The notes: generated by a model from the sequence alone, not told the origin. DNA of 64,000 bases from Marine group II euryarchaeote REDSEA-S11_B3N4 (GCA_001628485.1 LURR01000012.1:53611-117610); one strand, 5' to 3'; shown: positions 40,327-50,624, numbered from the stretch's first letter. Made by a program: numbers and translations.

Positions 40327-41682
40327 GTGCCAGAAGACGAACAGGCCAATTCGACACCAGCCGCAGATGCAGAGGAATCCAAACTCCCTCCGCGCGCTAA
40401 GAAGCGAAGATTCGCTCCAATCAAGATAGCTAATCAGATTCCCATGAAGCGAAGAAAGGAGATAGAGAAGGCTCTGGGAGAAGTGGGGGAGAGCCCTTCC
40501 AAATGGTCTCGAAATGAAGGAACGAAGAATCACGTATTCATGAGAAAGAGGATAAAACCAGGAACAATTAGGCACATGGAGTACGAACTCCTAGATGTTG
40601 AAATTGGAGAATCTTGGCCAGTCCCGATAAGCATCGTTCACGGCTCAAGGCCTGGTCCTGTAGTGACTCTTCTAGGTGCAATACATGGAGACGAACTTGT
40701 GGGGCCACTGGCCCTAACCTACTTATGCGGACCCAACTTCATGGGAGAAGACCGAGTCATAGACGCTAGTGTATTGGCTGGAACAATACGAATCGTACCC
40801 ATAGTCAACCTTCCCGGATATCGGAGGATGATTCGAGACTTCCCGGATGGGAGGGATCTGAACAGATGCTTTCCAGGAAAATCTGACAGTAATACCACCT
40901 CAAGAGTAGCCTACAAGCTATGGAGCAATGTCATCAAAAGCAGTGATTATGTGGTTGATCTCCATTCCGCAGCAAAGGGAAGGACAAACATCCCCCAGAT
41001 AAGAGCAAATCTAGCGCACGCAAGCAGTAATCGAATTGCAAGATCCTTTGGAATAGAGACTATTCTAGATAGCGAGGGGCCAAGAGGATCCCTGAGGAGA
41101 GTTGCCAATCAAGAGGGAATAGCCTGCATCACTTACGAAGGAGGGGGTTCGGACGAGGCAGATCCGGAGTCAGTTCAGATTTCCATGTATGGAATAATCA
41201 ATCTTCTCAGGAGCCTCAGAATGCTTCCAGGTTATCCTAGCAAACCGAGGTTCAGGATTCTTGCATCGGGATCGGTCTGGATTCGTTCCGATCAAGGGGG
41301 CCTACTGGACGTCCTGGCACCCGCTGGAAGCTTCGTCGAGGAAGGGGAGATCGTCGCGACTATTACCGATCCAGAGCTTCCAGGTGTTCAGCATGACGTC
41401 CAGTCCCCCATAAGAGGACTCCTAATCAGCTCAGCAACACATCCGTTCGTGAACTCAGGGTCTCCAATTGGCCATCTATTGCCAGTTAAGAGAGGAGTAT
41501 CTACACTGAAGCGGAGGCTCGATGATGAAGGTTGCCTGATAATCAGTGGTTCCGATGGAGAGCCTCCATGGAGGGAGGACGATGACATCGAGGACATCGC
41601 AGTATTTGGAGAGTGGTCTGGAGGATCACCAGATGCAGAATGGGGTCCAGCAGGTTCGACGGACGAGGAGGAAGACAACTGA
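40327..41682 (+). CDS. Succinylglutamate desuccinylase/aspartoacylase (M14) family protein
   Basis: GAIHGDE, RDLNRCFPG, DLHS and YEGG plus a C-terminal lipoyl-like domain. GTG start inferred from the AT-rich box at about 40298 (ORF track start 40240). Confidence 0.88.
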   Translation: MPEDEQANSTPAADAEESKLPPRAKKRRFAPIKIANQIPMKRRKEIEKALGEVGESPSKWSRNEGTKNHVFMRKRIKPGTIRHMEYELLDVEIGESWPVPISIVHGSRPGPVVTLLGAIHGDELVGPLALTYLCGPNFMGEDRVIDASVLAGTIRIVPIVNLPGYRRMIRDFPDGRDLNRCFPGKSDSNTTSRVAYKLWSNVIKSSDYVVDLHSAAKGRTNIPQIRANLAHASSNRIARSFGIETILDSEGPRGSLRRVANQEGIACITYEGGGSDEADPESVQISMYGIINLLRSLRMLPGYPSKPRFRILASGSVWIRSDQGGLLDVLAPAGSFVEEGEIVATITDPELPGVQHDVQSPIRGLLISSATHPFVNSGSPIGHLLPVKRGVSTLKRRLDDEGCLIISGSDGEPPWREDDDIEDIAVFGEWSGGSPDAEWGPAGSTDEEEDN

Positions 41683-41705
41683 TGATCACTCTTTTGTCCT
41701 CTTGA

Positions 41706-44700
41706 CTACGAGTTTTCATCGTTCGACCAAGATACATCTGGAGCAGAAGGCAAAACCATACCCTTGTTCTCGGGACTGATGGCCAGTCTCTCTGGACTGA
41801 CTCCGTATGCTTCGAGGGCATCTTGCAACTCTTTAGCCCTCGAAATTCTCAGTCCAATCAAGAATCCTCCTGCAGAGAGGGCAATAAGGAAAGTGACTAT
41901 CCCAATCATGCCTGTTGGACTGGAGACAATCGAGAAAAGCCAATTCTCTGATTGCGGCTCTACCCAAATAGTCACCATGATATTCCACTCGACCTCAGTG
42001 TAGTAAACGTCTTCTGAGACGACCGCTTTCAATTTCTGAATTGACGACCCCTCATCGCAGAATTGTATCTGCATATTCTCCTCTGTATCTCTGCAATGGA
42101 TTGGCATCAGAATCACAGTCTTCCCATCTTGACTGGTGTTGGCTTCCAGAGAATAACCACTCATAGACCAAGTGATTACCGCGTCAACCGATGACTGAAT
42201 CCCAGATACTGAGATTTCGAAGGATTCATTCGCTGAATCCCAGGTAACCGGTATCGAACTATAGGTCCTAGGACCATCGTATATGTTCCCGTTTTCCAGG
42301 AATACAGTGCCCGACGATTTGTCGTAATTTGACAAGATTAGCCCTAGCCTGTTCACAAACTCATCCTCTTCGCCGTCGCAGTCATCATCAACTCCATTCC
42401 ACTGTTCGACAGCACCAGGGTATGTACTTCCGACTAGATCGTCACAATCGTCATACTCGTAGAATCCGTCATTATCTCGGTCATAGTCCGTGAATACCGG
42501 ACTGGAAAGGCCACGAGCAATCTCAGTTCCATCGTCTACTCCGTCTTGGTCCGTGTCTGCAGAATCGAATGATGTAGTATAGTTGTGATACTCGGAATAG
42601 TCACTTAGGCCATCACCATCAGTATCTCTTTCGTAGAAGTCCTCATCCACTAGATCGTCACAGTCGTTATCTTTTCCATCTAGCTCCTCAGGACGCTCAG
42701 GAGCCCTTTCGAAGTCATCATCATCACAGTCTTGGAAATGGTACCAGCCATCTAGGTCAGAGTCAGGATCCGCAGCAAGCGGATCAGACATGAACTCATT
42801 CAATTCAGTCCCATCGGGGAGTCCGTCCCCGTCAGAATCCCCGTCATTAGGATCCGTGGAGTGTTGGTGATACTCTGCATAGTCAGTTAATCCATCCATA
42901 TCTGTATCAATCCAGAAGAAGTCTTCGTCTATGTCTTCGTCACAATCGTTGTCTAGTCCGTCTAGGGACTCAGTCGCGTCTGGTGCAAAACTCGAATCGT
43001 TGTCATCACAGTCATCGAACCAGTAAGCTCCGTCACCATCCGCATCTACATCAACTAACAACGGGTTACTACCGAACTCCAACTCCTGCTGATCTGGTAT
43101 TCCATCCCCATCTGAGTCAGAATCTTCTGGGTTTGTTCCATGGATGTGGAATTCTTCCCAGTCCGACAGTCCATCTCCATCCGCATCTGAATCATTGAAA
43201 CCCTCGTCCTCAAGACCGTCGCAATCGTCATCCTTTCCATTGAGGGCCTCTAACATCCCAGGATTCACCTCGTGATCATCATCATCGCAGTCTTGGAAAT
43301 GATAGTAATCGTCCGAGTCGTTGTCTGCGTCAAAGGTCAGGGGGTCTGAGAACCAAACAACTATCTCATCATAATCGCTAATTCCGTCAGAATCCGAATC
43401 GTATGACAGTGGATTCGTGCTATGGACCATTATCTCTTGATAATCGTCAAGCCCGTCACCATCGGTGTCATTGTCAATTGCCTTGGTCCCGTAGATTACA
43501 ATTTCCTGATAGTCATCCAATCCATCGTCGTCTGAGTCAGAATCTAGTGGATCCGTCAGATGCACCGAAGTCTCGTTCTCATCACTCAGGCCATCACCAT
43601 CATCGTCCGAGTCAAGGTAGTTGCAGACTCCGTCCGAGTCAGTGTCCGACGGAGTGGACGAGTTATCTAGAGGGTCAGTTGAACATGACAGCTCCATGGA
43701 GTCGTTCCAAGCATCATCATCGTCGTCCGAGTCAAGGTAGTTGCAGACTCCGTCCGAGTCAGTGTCAGACGGATTAGATGAGTTGTCCAGAGGGTCGGTA
43801 GAGCAAGCTTGCTCGGTAGAGTCATCGAATCCATCCCCATCGTCGTCCGAGTCAAGGTAGTTGCAGACTCCGTCAGAGTCAGTGTCCGACGGAGTGGATG
43901 AATTGTCCAGAGGGTCGGTAGAGCAAGATATCTCGTCTATGTCGACCCAACCATCGTTGTCATCGTCTAAATCGTTGTAGTCGGGCCACCCATCGCCATC
44001 TGTGTCTGTAACATTCCCGACTCCATGGAAAATCAATTCCCATGAGTTCAGAGTCCCGGAGTTAGATCCCGTGACCGAATCTCGAACCTTCAGGGTCCAG
44101 TTCCCCTGAGAGGACTCGTCCCAGTGCTGGACCGTCCCGAACCTCCAATTCGAGTAGTCTGCATTGTTGTCATCATGAACTTCCGCAAGCCACGACTGAT
44201 GGCCACTAGGTGACTCCAGAACGATGTCCAACTCGCCCCGGGCAGTGTGAGTGATATCGACAATTACGTCTACCGACTCTAGGCTCAAATCAATTGGAAC
44301 AGAGAGGTTGAACTCGGTCCATGAGCTTGGTCCGTTGTCGATATCGAGATTCTCTGTGAAAGGCCCAAAAGTAGCGTTCACCTCCTCTCCACTGCTTGTC
44401 CAATTCTCAGCCAATGACACTGCTGCACCTGCATCCACTGCTCCGAATCCGTACTTGTGAGAGACCGTGAGGCCCCCTCCATTCACGGACCAAGAAGAAT
44501 CGTTTGCGTCGTTCTTCCTAGAGCTATGGACGAGGATATTCTGGACATCGCGCCATGTCAAATCGGGATTCGACTCCAGAATCAGAGCTATTACCCCAGA
44601 AACAAGGGGGGTGGCACTCGAGGTTCCTCCGAAGTCGTGGGTCACGTCACCTCCACTGTATCCTCCTGTTCCAGTGATATCCGTGGTTGTTATTCCCTCA

Positions 44701-45842
44701 TAGTCGGGCGTCCCACCATTGGAGTGAGCGGTAACCAGAATGTTCGCCCCAGGTTCAGAGTACCACGATTGATCCCCGTAGTGTGTAATAGCTGCCACTG
44801 CAATCGCATATCTTAGGCTTGCATACCCGTCGTAGTTAGAATTGTCATTAGCTTCGAGTCCATTCCCAGCAGCCCATGTGTATATGTTTCCTAGCCCGGA
44901 CCTTCCATTGTATATCGAATCCTCAATGGCTGCAACGGTTATTGGCCCAGGTCCTTCGAGCCTGTTCCCATCGTCGAAGGGGCCCCAGGAGTTTGAGTAG
45001 ATGTCTATGTCTCCGTTATCATAACTAAGAGCATCTGCAGCGGTAGAGTCCGTGAAACCACACGCAATCAGTCTGTGGCCAGCTATATCTGCCCCGAATG
45101 CAGCACCTGTTACTCCGATTGAATTATTTCCGGTTCCTGCTGCTACTCCGGCTACTGCCGTTCCATGTCCGTCCCAGGAGTTCGGGTCCGGATCCGGATC
45201 ATCTCCGCACCAGTCATAGGAGTGCTGAGAGAGGTAGTTGGTAGTAAGGTCAGGGTGGGAATGCTCCACGCCGTCGTCAATCACACTGATCACGACTCCC
45301 GAACCATTGTACGAGTTCCAGACTGCGGTTACATTAGCATCCTCGCCCGACGTCCCGCTGGTTTGTCCAGTGTTGTTTAGATGCCATTGATCGTCGTAGA
45401 ATGGGTCATTTGGCTCGAATCTCGTAGAGACTGACCTATCCAATAGGGGGGAGAAAGACTCAATCTCTCCCTTCAGAAATGAACTCCTCAGTTGTTCGAG
45501 TCCTTTTGTAGAATCTTCGAAAGTCCATATGTAGGAACCCCTGAGATGCTCTACTGGCTCGCTGTCCTCAGGCTCCGCTGCCGTCCATCGATGCTCCTCA
45601 ATCGGGATTCCAGTCACGACCAGCCAGGAATCTACTAAGGCCAACTCTGCCTCTTCATACGAGTCGATATCAGAAACCCTCTCGAACGCAATCTGGACCG
45701 ATCTTGAGTACGTCCCCAAGATATCTTCCAAAACTACAGTGGGTATTTCCTCAGGATCTTCCCCTCCTAGGGCATGCCCAGCAGGGGAGAAGGACACCAT
45801 CAACAATACCAATATGGCGACTCTCACATGCAACCTCGACAA
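41706..45842 (-). CDS. Kexin/furin-type S8 serine protease with P domain, acidic Ca-binding repeats and a C-terminal TM anchor
   Basis: Triad VIDDG / HGTAVAG / GTSSATP, oxyanion AAGNG, P domain (HTARGEL..LESPSG, WDESSQGNWTL), DxDxDG repeats. Confidence 0.93.
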   Translation of the reverse strand: MSRLHVRVAILVLLMVSFSPAGHALGGEDPEEIPTVVLEDILGTYSRSVQIAFERVSDIDSYEEAELALVDSWLVVTGIPIEEHRWTAAEPEDSEPVEHLRGSYIWTFEDSTKGLEQLRSSFLKGEIESFSPLLDRSVSTRFEPNDPFYDDQWHLNNTGQTSGTSGEDANVTAVWNSYNGSGVVISVIDDGVEHSHPDLTTNYLSQHSYDWCGDDPDPDPNSWDGHGTAVAGVAAGTGNNSIGVTGAAFGADIAGHRLIACGFTDSTAADALSYDNGDIDIYSNSWGPFDDGNRLEGPGPITVAAIEDSIYNGRSGLGNIYTWAAGNGLEANDNSNYDGYASLRYAIAVAAITHYGDQSWYSEPGANILVTAHSNGGTPDYEGITTTDITGTGGYSGGDVTHDFGGTSSATPLVSGVIALILESNPDLTWRDVQNILVHSSRKNDANDSSWSVNGGGLTVSHKYGFGAVDAGAAVSLAENWTSSGEEVNATFGPFTENLDIDNGPSSWTEFNLSVPIDLSLESVDVIVDITHTARGELDIVLESPSGHQSWLAEVHDDNNADYSNWRFGTVQHWDESSQGNWTLKVRDSVTGSNSGTLNSWELIFHGVGNVTDTDGDGWPDYNDLDDDNDGWVDIDEISCSTDPLDNSSTPSDTDSDGVCNYLDSDDDGDGFDDSTEQACSTDPLDNSSNPSDTDSDGVCNYLDSDDDDDAWNDSMELSCSTDPLDNSSTPSDTDSDGVCNYLDSDDDGDGLSDENETSVHLTDPLDSDSDDDGLDDYQEIVIYGTKAIDNDTDGDGLDDYQEIMVHSTNPLSYDSDSDGISDYDEIVVWFSDPLTFDADNDSDDYYHFQDCDDDDHEVNPGMLEALNGKDDDCDGLEDEGFNDSDADGDGLSDWEEFHIHGTNPEDSDSDGDGIPDQQELEFGSNPLLVDVDADGDGAYWFDDCDDNDSSFAPDATESLDGLDNDCDEDIDEDFFWIDTDMDGLTDYAEYHQHSTDPNDGDSDGDGLPDGTELNEFMSDPLAADPDSDLDGWYHFQDCDDDDFERAPERPEELDGKDNDCDDLVDEDFYERDTDGDGLSDYSEYHNYTTSFDSADTDQDGVDDGTEIARGLSSPVFTDYDRDNDGFYEYDDCDDLVGSTYPGAVEQWNGVDDDCDGEEDEFVNRLGLILSNYDKSSGTVFLENGNIYDGPRTYSSIPVTWDSANESFEISVSGIQSSVDAVITWSMSGYSLEANTSQDGKTVILMPIHCRDTEENMQIQFCDEGSSIQKLKAVVSEDVYYTEVEWNIMVTIWVEPQSENWLFSIVSSPTGMIGIVTFLIALSAGGFLIGLRISRAKELQDALEAYGVSPERLAISPENKGMVLPSAPDVSWSNDENS
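42370..43295 (-). repeat. Four MopE-like DCDD...P...E..(D/N)G.D(N/D)DCD modules alternating with DTDGDGL repeats
   Basis: Seen in the translated protease. Coordinates are approximate. Confidence 0.75.
43601..43926. repeat. Intragenic tandem repeat, three copies, 120-bp period (40 aa)
   Basis: CGTCCGAGTCAAGGTAGTTGCAGACTCCGTC recurs at about 43604, 43724 and 43844. The protein unit is CSTDPLDNSS(T/N)PSDTDSDGVCNYLDSDDD. Confidence 0.95.
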
Positions 45843-45876
45843 ACCAGAGAATATAGCCGTTCGTCTTTGTTGCTAT

Positions 45877-46851
45877 TCAGTTATCCGAGTTCTCAGAGTC
45901 TCCAGAAGAGGATATTCTGTGATACAAGAAGGGTGCTATGACGATATACATCAGAACCCCATATACTCCTGAAGGTAAGCTAAGAGTAGATAGGCCCCCA
46001 CTCGGAGAAGCGAGAATCAGACCTCCCACGGTAATTCCTACAGTCGCATTCTGTATTCCACTCTCAATCGAAACAGTAGTAGCCCTTGAGGGCTCAAGAT
46101 TGAGTAATTTCGCACTATGGTAACCAATAGTGAGCATAAGGGCGTTTAGTGCCACCACAGATGGCCCTAGGGTTCCGATGTTGTCCATCAGAGTATCCCA
46201 TTCACTAGCTATTGCTGCTAGGACTATTATCACAAACAGAACCGCTGCGGTCAGGCTGACTCCCCTGTCGATAGATTCTGCTGTACTAGGCTTGGTAGCC
46301 CTGATGGACATTCCAATAGCCACGGGAAGAGTAGTTAGCAAGAACATGGTAATTCCAAGACCAATGATGTCTATGCTCGGCGCCGACTCTCCCATGAAAT
46401 GGTCCATTGAGAAGCCAACCACCAATGGCAACGTAATCACAGACACAACCGAAACAACTGCTGTGTAGGAAATTGAAAGCGCAGTATCTCCTTTTGCCAA
46501 CTTCGTCAGAATGTTTGACGTGACCCCACCAGGGCAACATGCTAGAATCATCAAGCCCACAGCGAGCTCCCCGTCTAGATCGGCCAAGCTTGCAATAGAG
46601 AAACCCACAATTGGAAGCACCAGCATCTGATTCACTATCCCGATTGTAAATGCCCTCGGCTCGCTGAAAACCAAGGCGAAGTCACCTGTGGTTAGCCCCA
46701 AACCAAGTGAGAACATGATGAACGCGAGTGCGAGTGGTAGCACTACATCGATAATCACGTTGTCCTCTTCTGTCTCCTCTTGTGCCTGAACTGATGATGA
46801 GACCATCACCAGTGCAATCAGTACCGTAATAGTAACTAGACTTCCTCTCAT
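45877..46851 (-). CDS. Bile acid:sodium symporter (BASS) family transporter
   Basis: MFSLGL, CCPGGVTSN, KGDTALS and SIESGIQN. Confidence 0.92.
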   Translation of the reverse strand: MRGSLVTITVLIALVMVSSSVQAQEETEEDNVIIDVVLPLALAFIMFSLGLGLTTGDFALVFSEPRAFTIGIVNQMLVLPIVGFSIASLADLDGELAVGLMILACCPGGVTSNILTKLAKGDTALSISYTAVVSVVSVITLPLVVGFSMDHFMGESAPSIDIIGLGITMFLLTTLPVAIGMSIRATKPSTAESIDRGVSLTAAVLFVIIVLAAIASEWDTLMDNIGTLGPSVVALNALMLTIGYHSAKLLNLEPSRATTVSIESGIQNATVGITVGGLILASPSGGLSTLSLPSGVYGVLMYIVIAPFLYHRISSSGDSENSDN

Positions 46852-46892
46852 GCTCTTCGAGGAATTTACCCCCGTATAACTGTGCTCTCTAA

Positions 46893-48149
46893 CTACGTGG
46901 CTTTGAATTCAGAAATTGCATCGTGAACCTCTTCGTCGGTCATCATCCTTCTCTGACTCTTTGCCACATCGAACATGTGTGCAACCAGATCGTCTTCTGC
47001 TTCGTAACCATTTCTTTTCAGCCAGTGAATCACATTTGATCTCCCGCTCATATGCCCGATCCTGATTACCTGCTGTAGTCCGAAGTCACCAGCAGGAACG
47101 CCGGAGTAGACTCTATCCGCCAACCAGTCATCTCCTTTGTCCATCGCCTTAATCACCGCCGAAGCATGAACTCCAGTCCCTGTCTCAAAGGCATCCTCTC
47201 CGAAGACTGGATAGTTATGCGGAAGAGCCACTTCCACATACTGGTGAGCCTTTCTCGTATATTCGTTCAGCGCGGTGAGGTCGTTTTTGATAACTCCCAT
47301 CAGGCTCAGATTCACAAGGGTCTGGTCCAAGGGTGCGTTACCTGCTCTCTCGCCTACTCCTAGCGCCGTTCCGTGAATCACATCAGCACCTGCCTCGTAT
47401 GCAGCTAGGTTGTTCGCAACTCCTAGCCCCCTGTCTTGATGCCCATGCCAGTTTACCTCTATCTCTCTCCTTTTGACTCCTGAGTCGGGAATGACCTCTT
47501 CCTGGATGAATTCTAGGAGCTTTCTAACTCCGTTCGGGGTAACGTGTCCGCACGTGTCACAAACACAAATTCTGTCTGCCCCCAATTCTATCGCCCTAGC
47601 GTACACCTGCTTGATTTCTTCCGGCTTGCTCCTCGTAGTATCCTCTGTTACGAACATCACTGGGATATCGTTGTCCACAGCGAAGGTGACCGCTTTCTCG
47701 GCGGTCTCCATTATTCTCCCCATAGTCCATCCTTCGGCAAACTGTCTAATCGGACTAGTTCCTAGAAATGCACTCGCCTGGATTTGCCTCTCATGCTTTG
47801 CTTGGAGCTCCACCAGTGGTTCGATATCTGAGACAACTGTCCTCACAGCACATCCCGGTCTGAGATTATATCCATTTTCTCCCATATGACTTAGCATGGA
47901 ATCAATATGGTCTATGTGGAAGGGTCCCGCACCGGGAAGACCTAGATCCACCTTCTGGATACCTAGTTTCTCCATGTAGTCGATTAATTCTATTTTCTGC
48001 TCGATTGTTGGGTTTCTCGCGCTAGGACTCTGCAAACCGTCTCGAAGAGTCTCATCGTCGAACCAAAGCTCATGCGGGTGATCCGACTCGTCCCGATCTA
48101 TCGAGTAGTCGATATCATTCCAGTCGTAGATTAGGTCATGCTCTTCCAT
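46893..48149 (-). CDS. LeuA-family DRE-TIM acyltransferase lacking the regulatory domain
   Basis: DETLRDGLQ, HGHQDRG, GVGERAGN and GVHASA. Confidence 0.85.
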   Translation of the reverse strand: MEEHDLIYDWNDIDYSIDRDESDHPHELWFDDETLRDGLQSPSARNPTIEQKIELIDYMEKLGIQKVDLGLPGAGPFHIDHIDSMLSHMGENGYNLRPGCAVRTVVSDIEPLVELQAKHERQIQASAFLGTSPIRQFAEGWTMGRIMETAEKAVTFAVDNDIPVMFVTEDTTRSKPEEIKQVYARAIELGADRICVCDTCGHVTPNGVRKLLEFIQEEVIPDSGVKRREIEVNWHGHQDRGLGVANNLAAYEAGADVIHGTALGVGERAGNAPLDQTLVNLSLMGVIKNDLTALNEYTRKAHQYVEVALPHNYPVFGEDAFETGTGVHASAVIKAMDKGDDWLADRVYSGVPAGDFGLQQVIRIGHMSGRSNVIHWLKRNGYEAEDDLVAHMFDVAKSQRRMMTDEEVHDAISEFKAT

Positions 48150-48200
48150 TGTCTCACCCGTGTCCTCCCATGGTTCGTTAGGTGTTTCAAACCATCGGGA

Positions 48201-49250
48201 CTATGTGGCAGATTTCAACTCCGTCCTAGTCACGAAAACAGTGGCTATGATTGCTCCAATAACGACTCCGAATTGCCCAAAACTCCCAGTTACAAGAACT
48301 ACGAACATCAGTGCAAGGTATAGCATCGAGACGAAGAAAGAAGTTGCAGCGCTGGAGATCCTACCGGTTTCATCGGGCTCCTCTGAAATGTCTATCCTCC
48401 AAACCGTGGAAGCGTACCAAAGACTCAATCCTAGAATTGTCCAACTCAGGACGTGGTAACTCCAATCTTCAATTTTGATTGCCTCAAAAGTTCTGGGAGC
48501 CGCTAGTGACAAAAGGACCACCAGAATTGAGTAAATCTTCATCTCCAAAAGAGTTCGTTCAGGCCCTTTCACATTAGGCAGCATCGGGACTCCTACTTCT
48601 GCATATTCTTCGGATCTGTACAGAGCTAAGGCCCAGAAGTGCGGAGGAGTCCACAGGAAGATAAGGACGAACATGAACCATGGCATTGGACTACCGAGTT
48701 CAATCACCGACTCTAGCAAAGATGCCATTGAATCGGTTGAGATAGACAGGTCCTCCGACGAAGCGGACCATCCTATTACGGGGGGGGTCGAACCAGCAAT
48801 TCCTCCAATAACGATATTCTGCGGAGTCCTTCTTTTCAGCCAAATGCTGTAAATCAAGACGTAGAATAGAACGCTGAAAGCCGACCAGAAGGCCGCTACT
48901 TCATTCGACGTTTCATAGAACCACCAGACTCCTAGAATGGAAATAAGAATCCCGAAGAATAAAGCGGACCCCGCCTCAACCCTACCAGATGGAATGGCTC
49001 TTCCGGAGGTTCGGGCCATCTTGGGATCTATGTCTCTATCGTACCACATATTGATCGCATTGGCGCCCCCCGCGGTTAGATATCCTCCAATCAGAACTAC
49101 CAGCATTGTCTGAATCGAGTTAGAACCAAAATCTCCTTGCATTGAATCATGAATTATCACTGAACATATCGCTGTAATTTGTAGAAGGACCACCACTCTT
49201 GGCTTAGTCAATGAGAAGTAGTCTTTGATGGAGTGAAGAATCTGAATCAC
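48201..49250 (-). CDS. ctaB: Protoheme IX farnesyltransferase (heme O synthase)
   Basis: LTKPR, NMWYDRDIDPKMART, LKRRTPQNIVIGG and WTPPHFWALA. Confidence 0.95.
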   Translation of the reverse strand: MIQILHSIKDYFSLTKPRVVVLLQITAICSVIIHDSMQGDFGSNSIQTMLVVLIGGYLTAGGANAINMWYDRDIDPKMARTSGRAIPSGRVEAGSALFFGILISILGVWWFYETSNEVAAFWSAFSVLFYVLIYSIWLKRRTPQNIVIGGIAGSTPPVIGWSASSEDLSISTDSMASLLESVIELGSPMPWFMFVLIFLWTPPHFWALALYRSEEYAEVGVPMLPNVKGPERTLLEMKIYSILVVLLSLAAPRTFEAIKIEDWSYHVLSWTILGLSLWYASTVWRIDISEEPDETGRISSAATSFFVSMLYLALMFVVLVTGSFGQFGVVIGAIIATVFVTRTELKSAT

Positions 49251-50266
49251 CCATCCTCAGCGATCGAGCATCCGATCCAAGATATGGCCATAGTGACGAA
49301 AGTCAGTGAAGCCATCATGAGGTGTACTAAAGAGAGGAATTCAAAGAATCCTTCTTCCAAATCCCAGGATAGAACGTAAATCGCACCAATGGAGGTATTG
49401 ACGAAGAATAAGAAAGTTGAGCCCCAAATCCAGTTCCTAAGGACATTATTCCCTGTCTGCTCGTTGGAAATCGAGTATGATGCGAAAATCAGTGCGATTA
49501 GCATCAGACCGACAAACCATCTGTGTATGATCTGTGACTGAGCGACAATATCCTCTATCGAATCTACTATTTTTCCATTACAGAGGGGCCATGAATCGGG
49601 CAAGCCGTCCACTCCGCATCCGAAATTTGCACCGGGAGTCGTAGAAACGAAGGTCCCAGAGAAAATTGAGACGAACGCCCCTAATGACAACAATCCTACT
49701 CTGACCTTCCATTTCTTAGAGATCGAGTAATCAAACCTTAACCACTCAGGAAGCCCATCCTCCGATCTAGTGAGAGTTAACCACAACCAAAACATGCTCA
49801 TGGTAAAAGCCAATGCAGAGCTTAGGTGAAGAGCCACGCTCCAATGTAGATTGTCCATTTCGACTGTCAGCCACCCAATGGCACCTTGCCAGACAATCAG
49901 GACAACAGTCAATGTGGATGCGAACTTGACTTTCTCCTCGCCTCCCCTCAGCATGTACCAGTTGAGAATAACCAGAGGTCCCAGAACTAGACCTGCAAGA
50001 ATCCTGTGGAACCACTCTGTGAATATCTGGAAAGTAGTGTATCTATGACCTGATCCCCTAGAATCTACCTCATCTGGATTCTCAATGTACCAAGCCTCTT
50101 GCTCTTCCTCGGAAATATCGAAACCGATGGTCCCGAAACACAATGGCCAATCCGGGCACGACTCTCCTGCATCGTAGATTCGAATTAGACCGCCGAGTCC
50201 GATCACTATCACAGTCAAGCCTATCAGACAAGCTGTCAGGCCCTTAGAGTACTTCCAGTTAGTCAA
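49247..50266 (-). CDS. ctaA: Heme A synthase (COX15/CtaA)
   Basis: CPDWPLC, EWFHR, a second C...WPLC and IHR, with four conserved His. Confidence 0.9.
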   Translation of the reverse strand: MTNWKYSKGLTACLIGLTVIVIGLGGLIRIYDAGESCPDWPLCFGTIGFDISEEEQEAWYIENPDEVDSRGSGHRYTTFQIFTEWFHRILAGLVLGPLVILNWYMLRGGEEKVKFASTLTVVLIVWQGAIGWLTVEMDNLHWSVALHLSSALAFTMSMFWLWLTLTRSEDGLPEWLRFDYSISKKWKVRVGLLSLGAFVSIFSGTFVSTTPGANFGCGVDGLPDSWPLCNGKIVDSIEDIVAQSQIIHRWFVGLMLIALIFASYSISNEQTGNNVLRNWIWGSTFLFFVNTSIGAIYVLSWDLEEGFFEFLSLVHLMMASLTFVTMAISWIGCSIAEDG

Positions 50267-50299
50267 TTGCTATCGCTCCGGGTAAGGGGCCGTAACGCT

Positions 50300-50560
50300 T
50301 CATTCTTCCCCGAAGTGAGGGTCAATGTCAATGGGGATCTTGTTCTGCTCGTACTCCAGTGTGGCTATCTTCATTGGGTCCAGAACGACTTTCTCCTTTG
50401 CATCGTCTACACCGTAGAGTTGAATCAACTCCCCGCTGTACTTCTCACGTAACTCGTCCTCTGTCACGAAGAGAGGGGCTCCCATGCTAATCTGGAGCGC
50501 TCGGGCACCTATTATTCTGGCCTTTTCGAAGCGTGTATGAGTGCGAGCTGGCTCAACCAT
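50300..50560 (-). CDS. rpoK: RNA polymerase subunit Rpo6/K
   Basis: [21 protein letters not shown]...DPMKIA.LE. Confidence 0.96.
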   Translation of the reverse strand: MVEPARTHTRFEKARIIGARALQISMGAPLFVTEDELREKYSGELIQLYGVDDAKEKVVLDPMKIATLEYEQNKIPIDIDPHFGEE

Positions 50561-50624
50561 CGAGGCGCTCGACCGGAGACCCCCAAATAAGGTCTATGAC
50601 TGGTAAGGGAGAACCAAAACCTGG

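Noticed and set aside
43601-43926. CRISPR array
   Set aside because: The repeats are in-frame 120-bp coding units with similar rather than unique spacers, and there are no cas genes.
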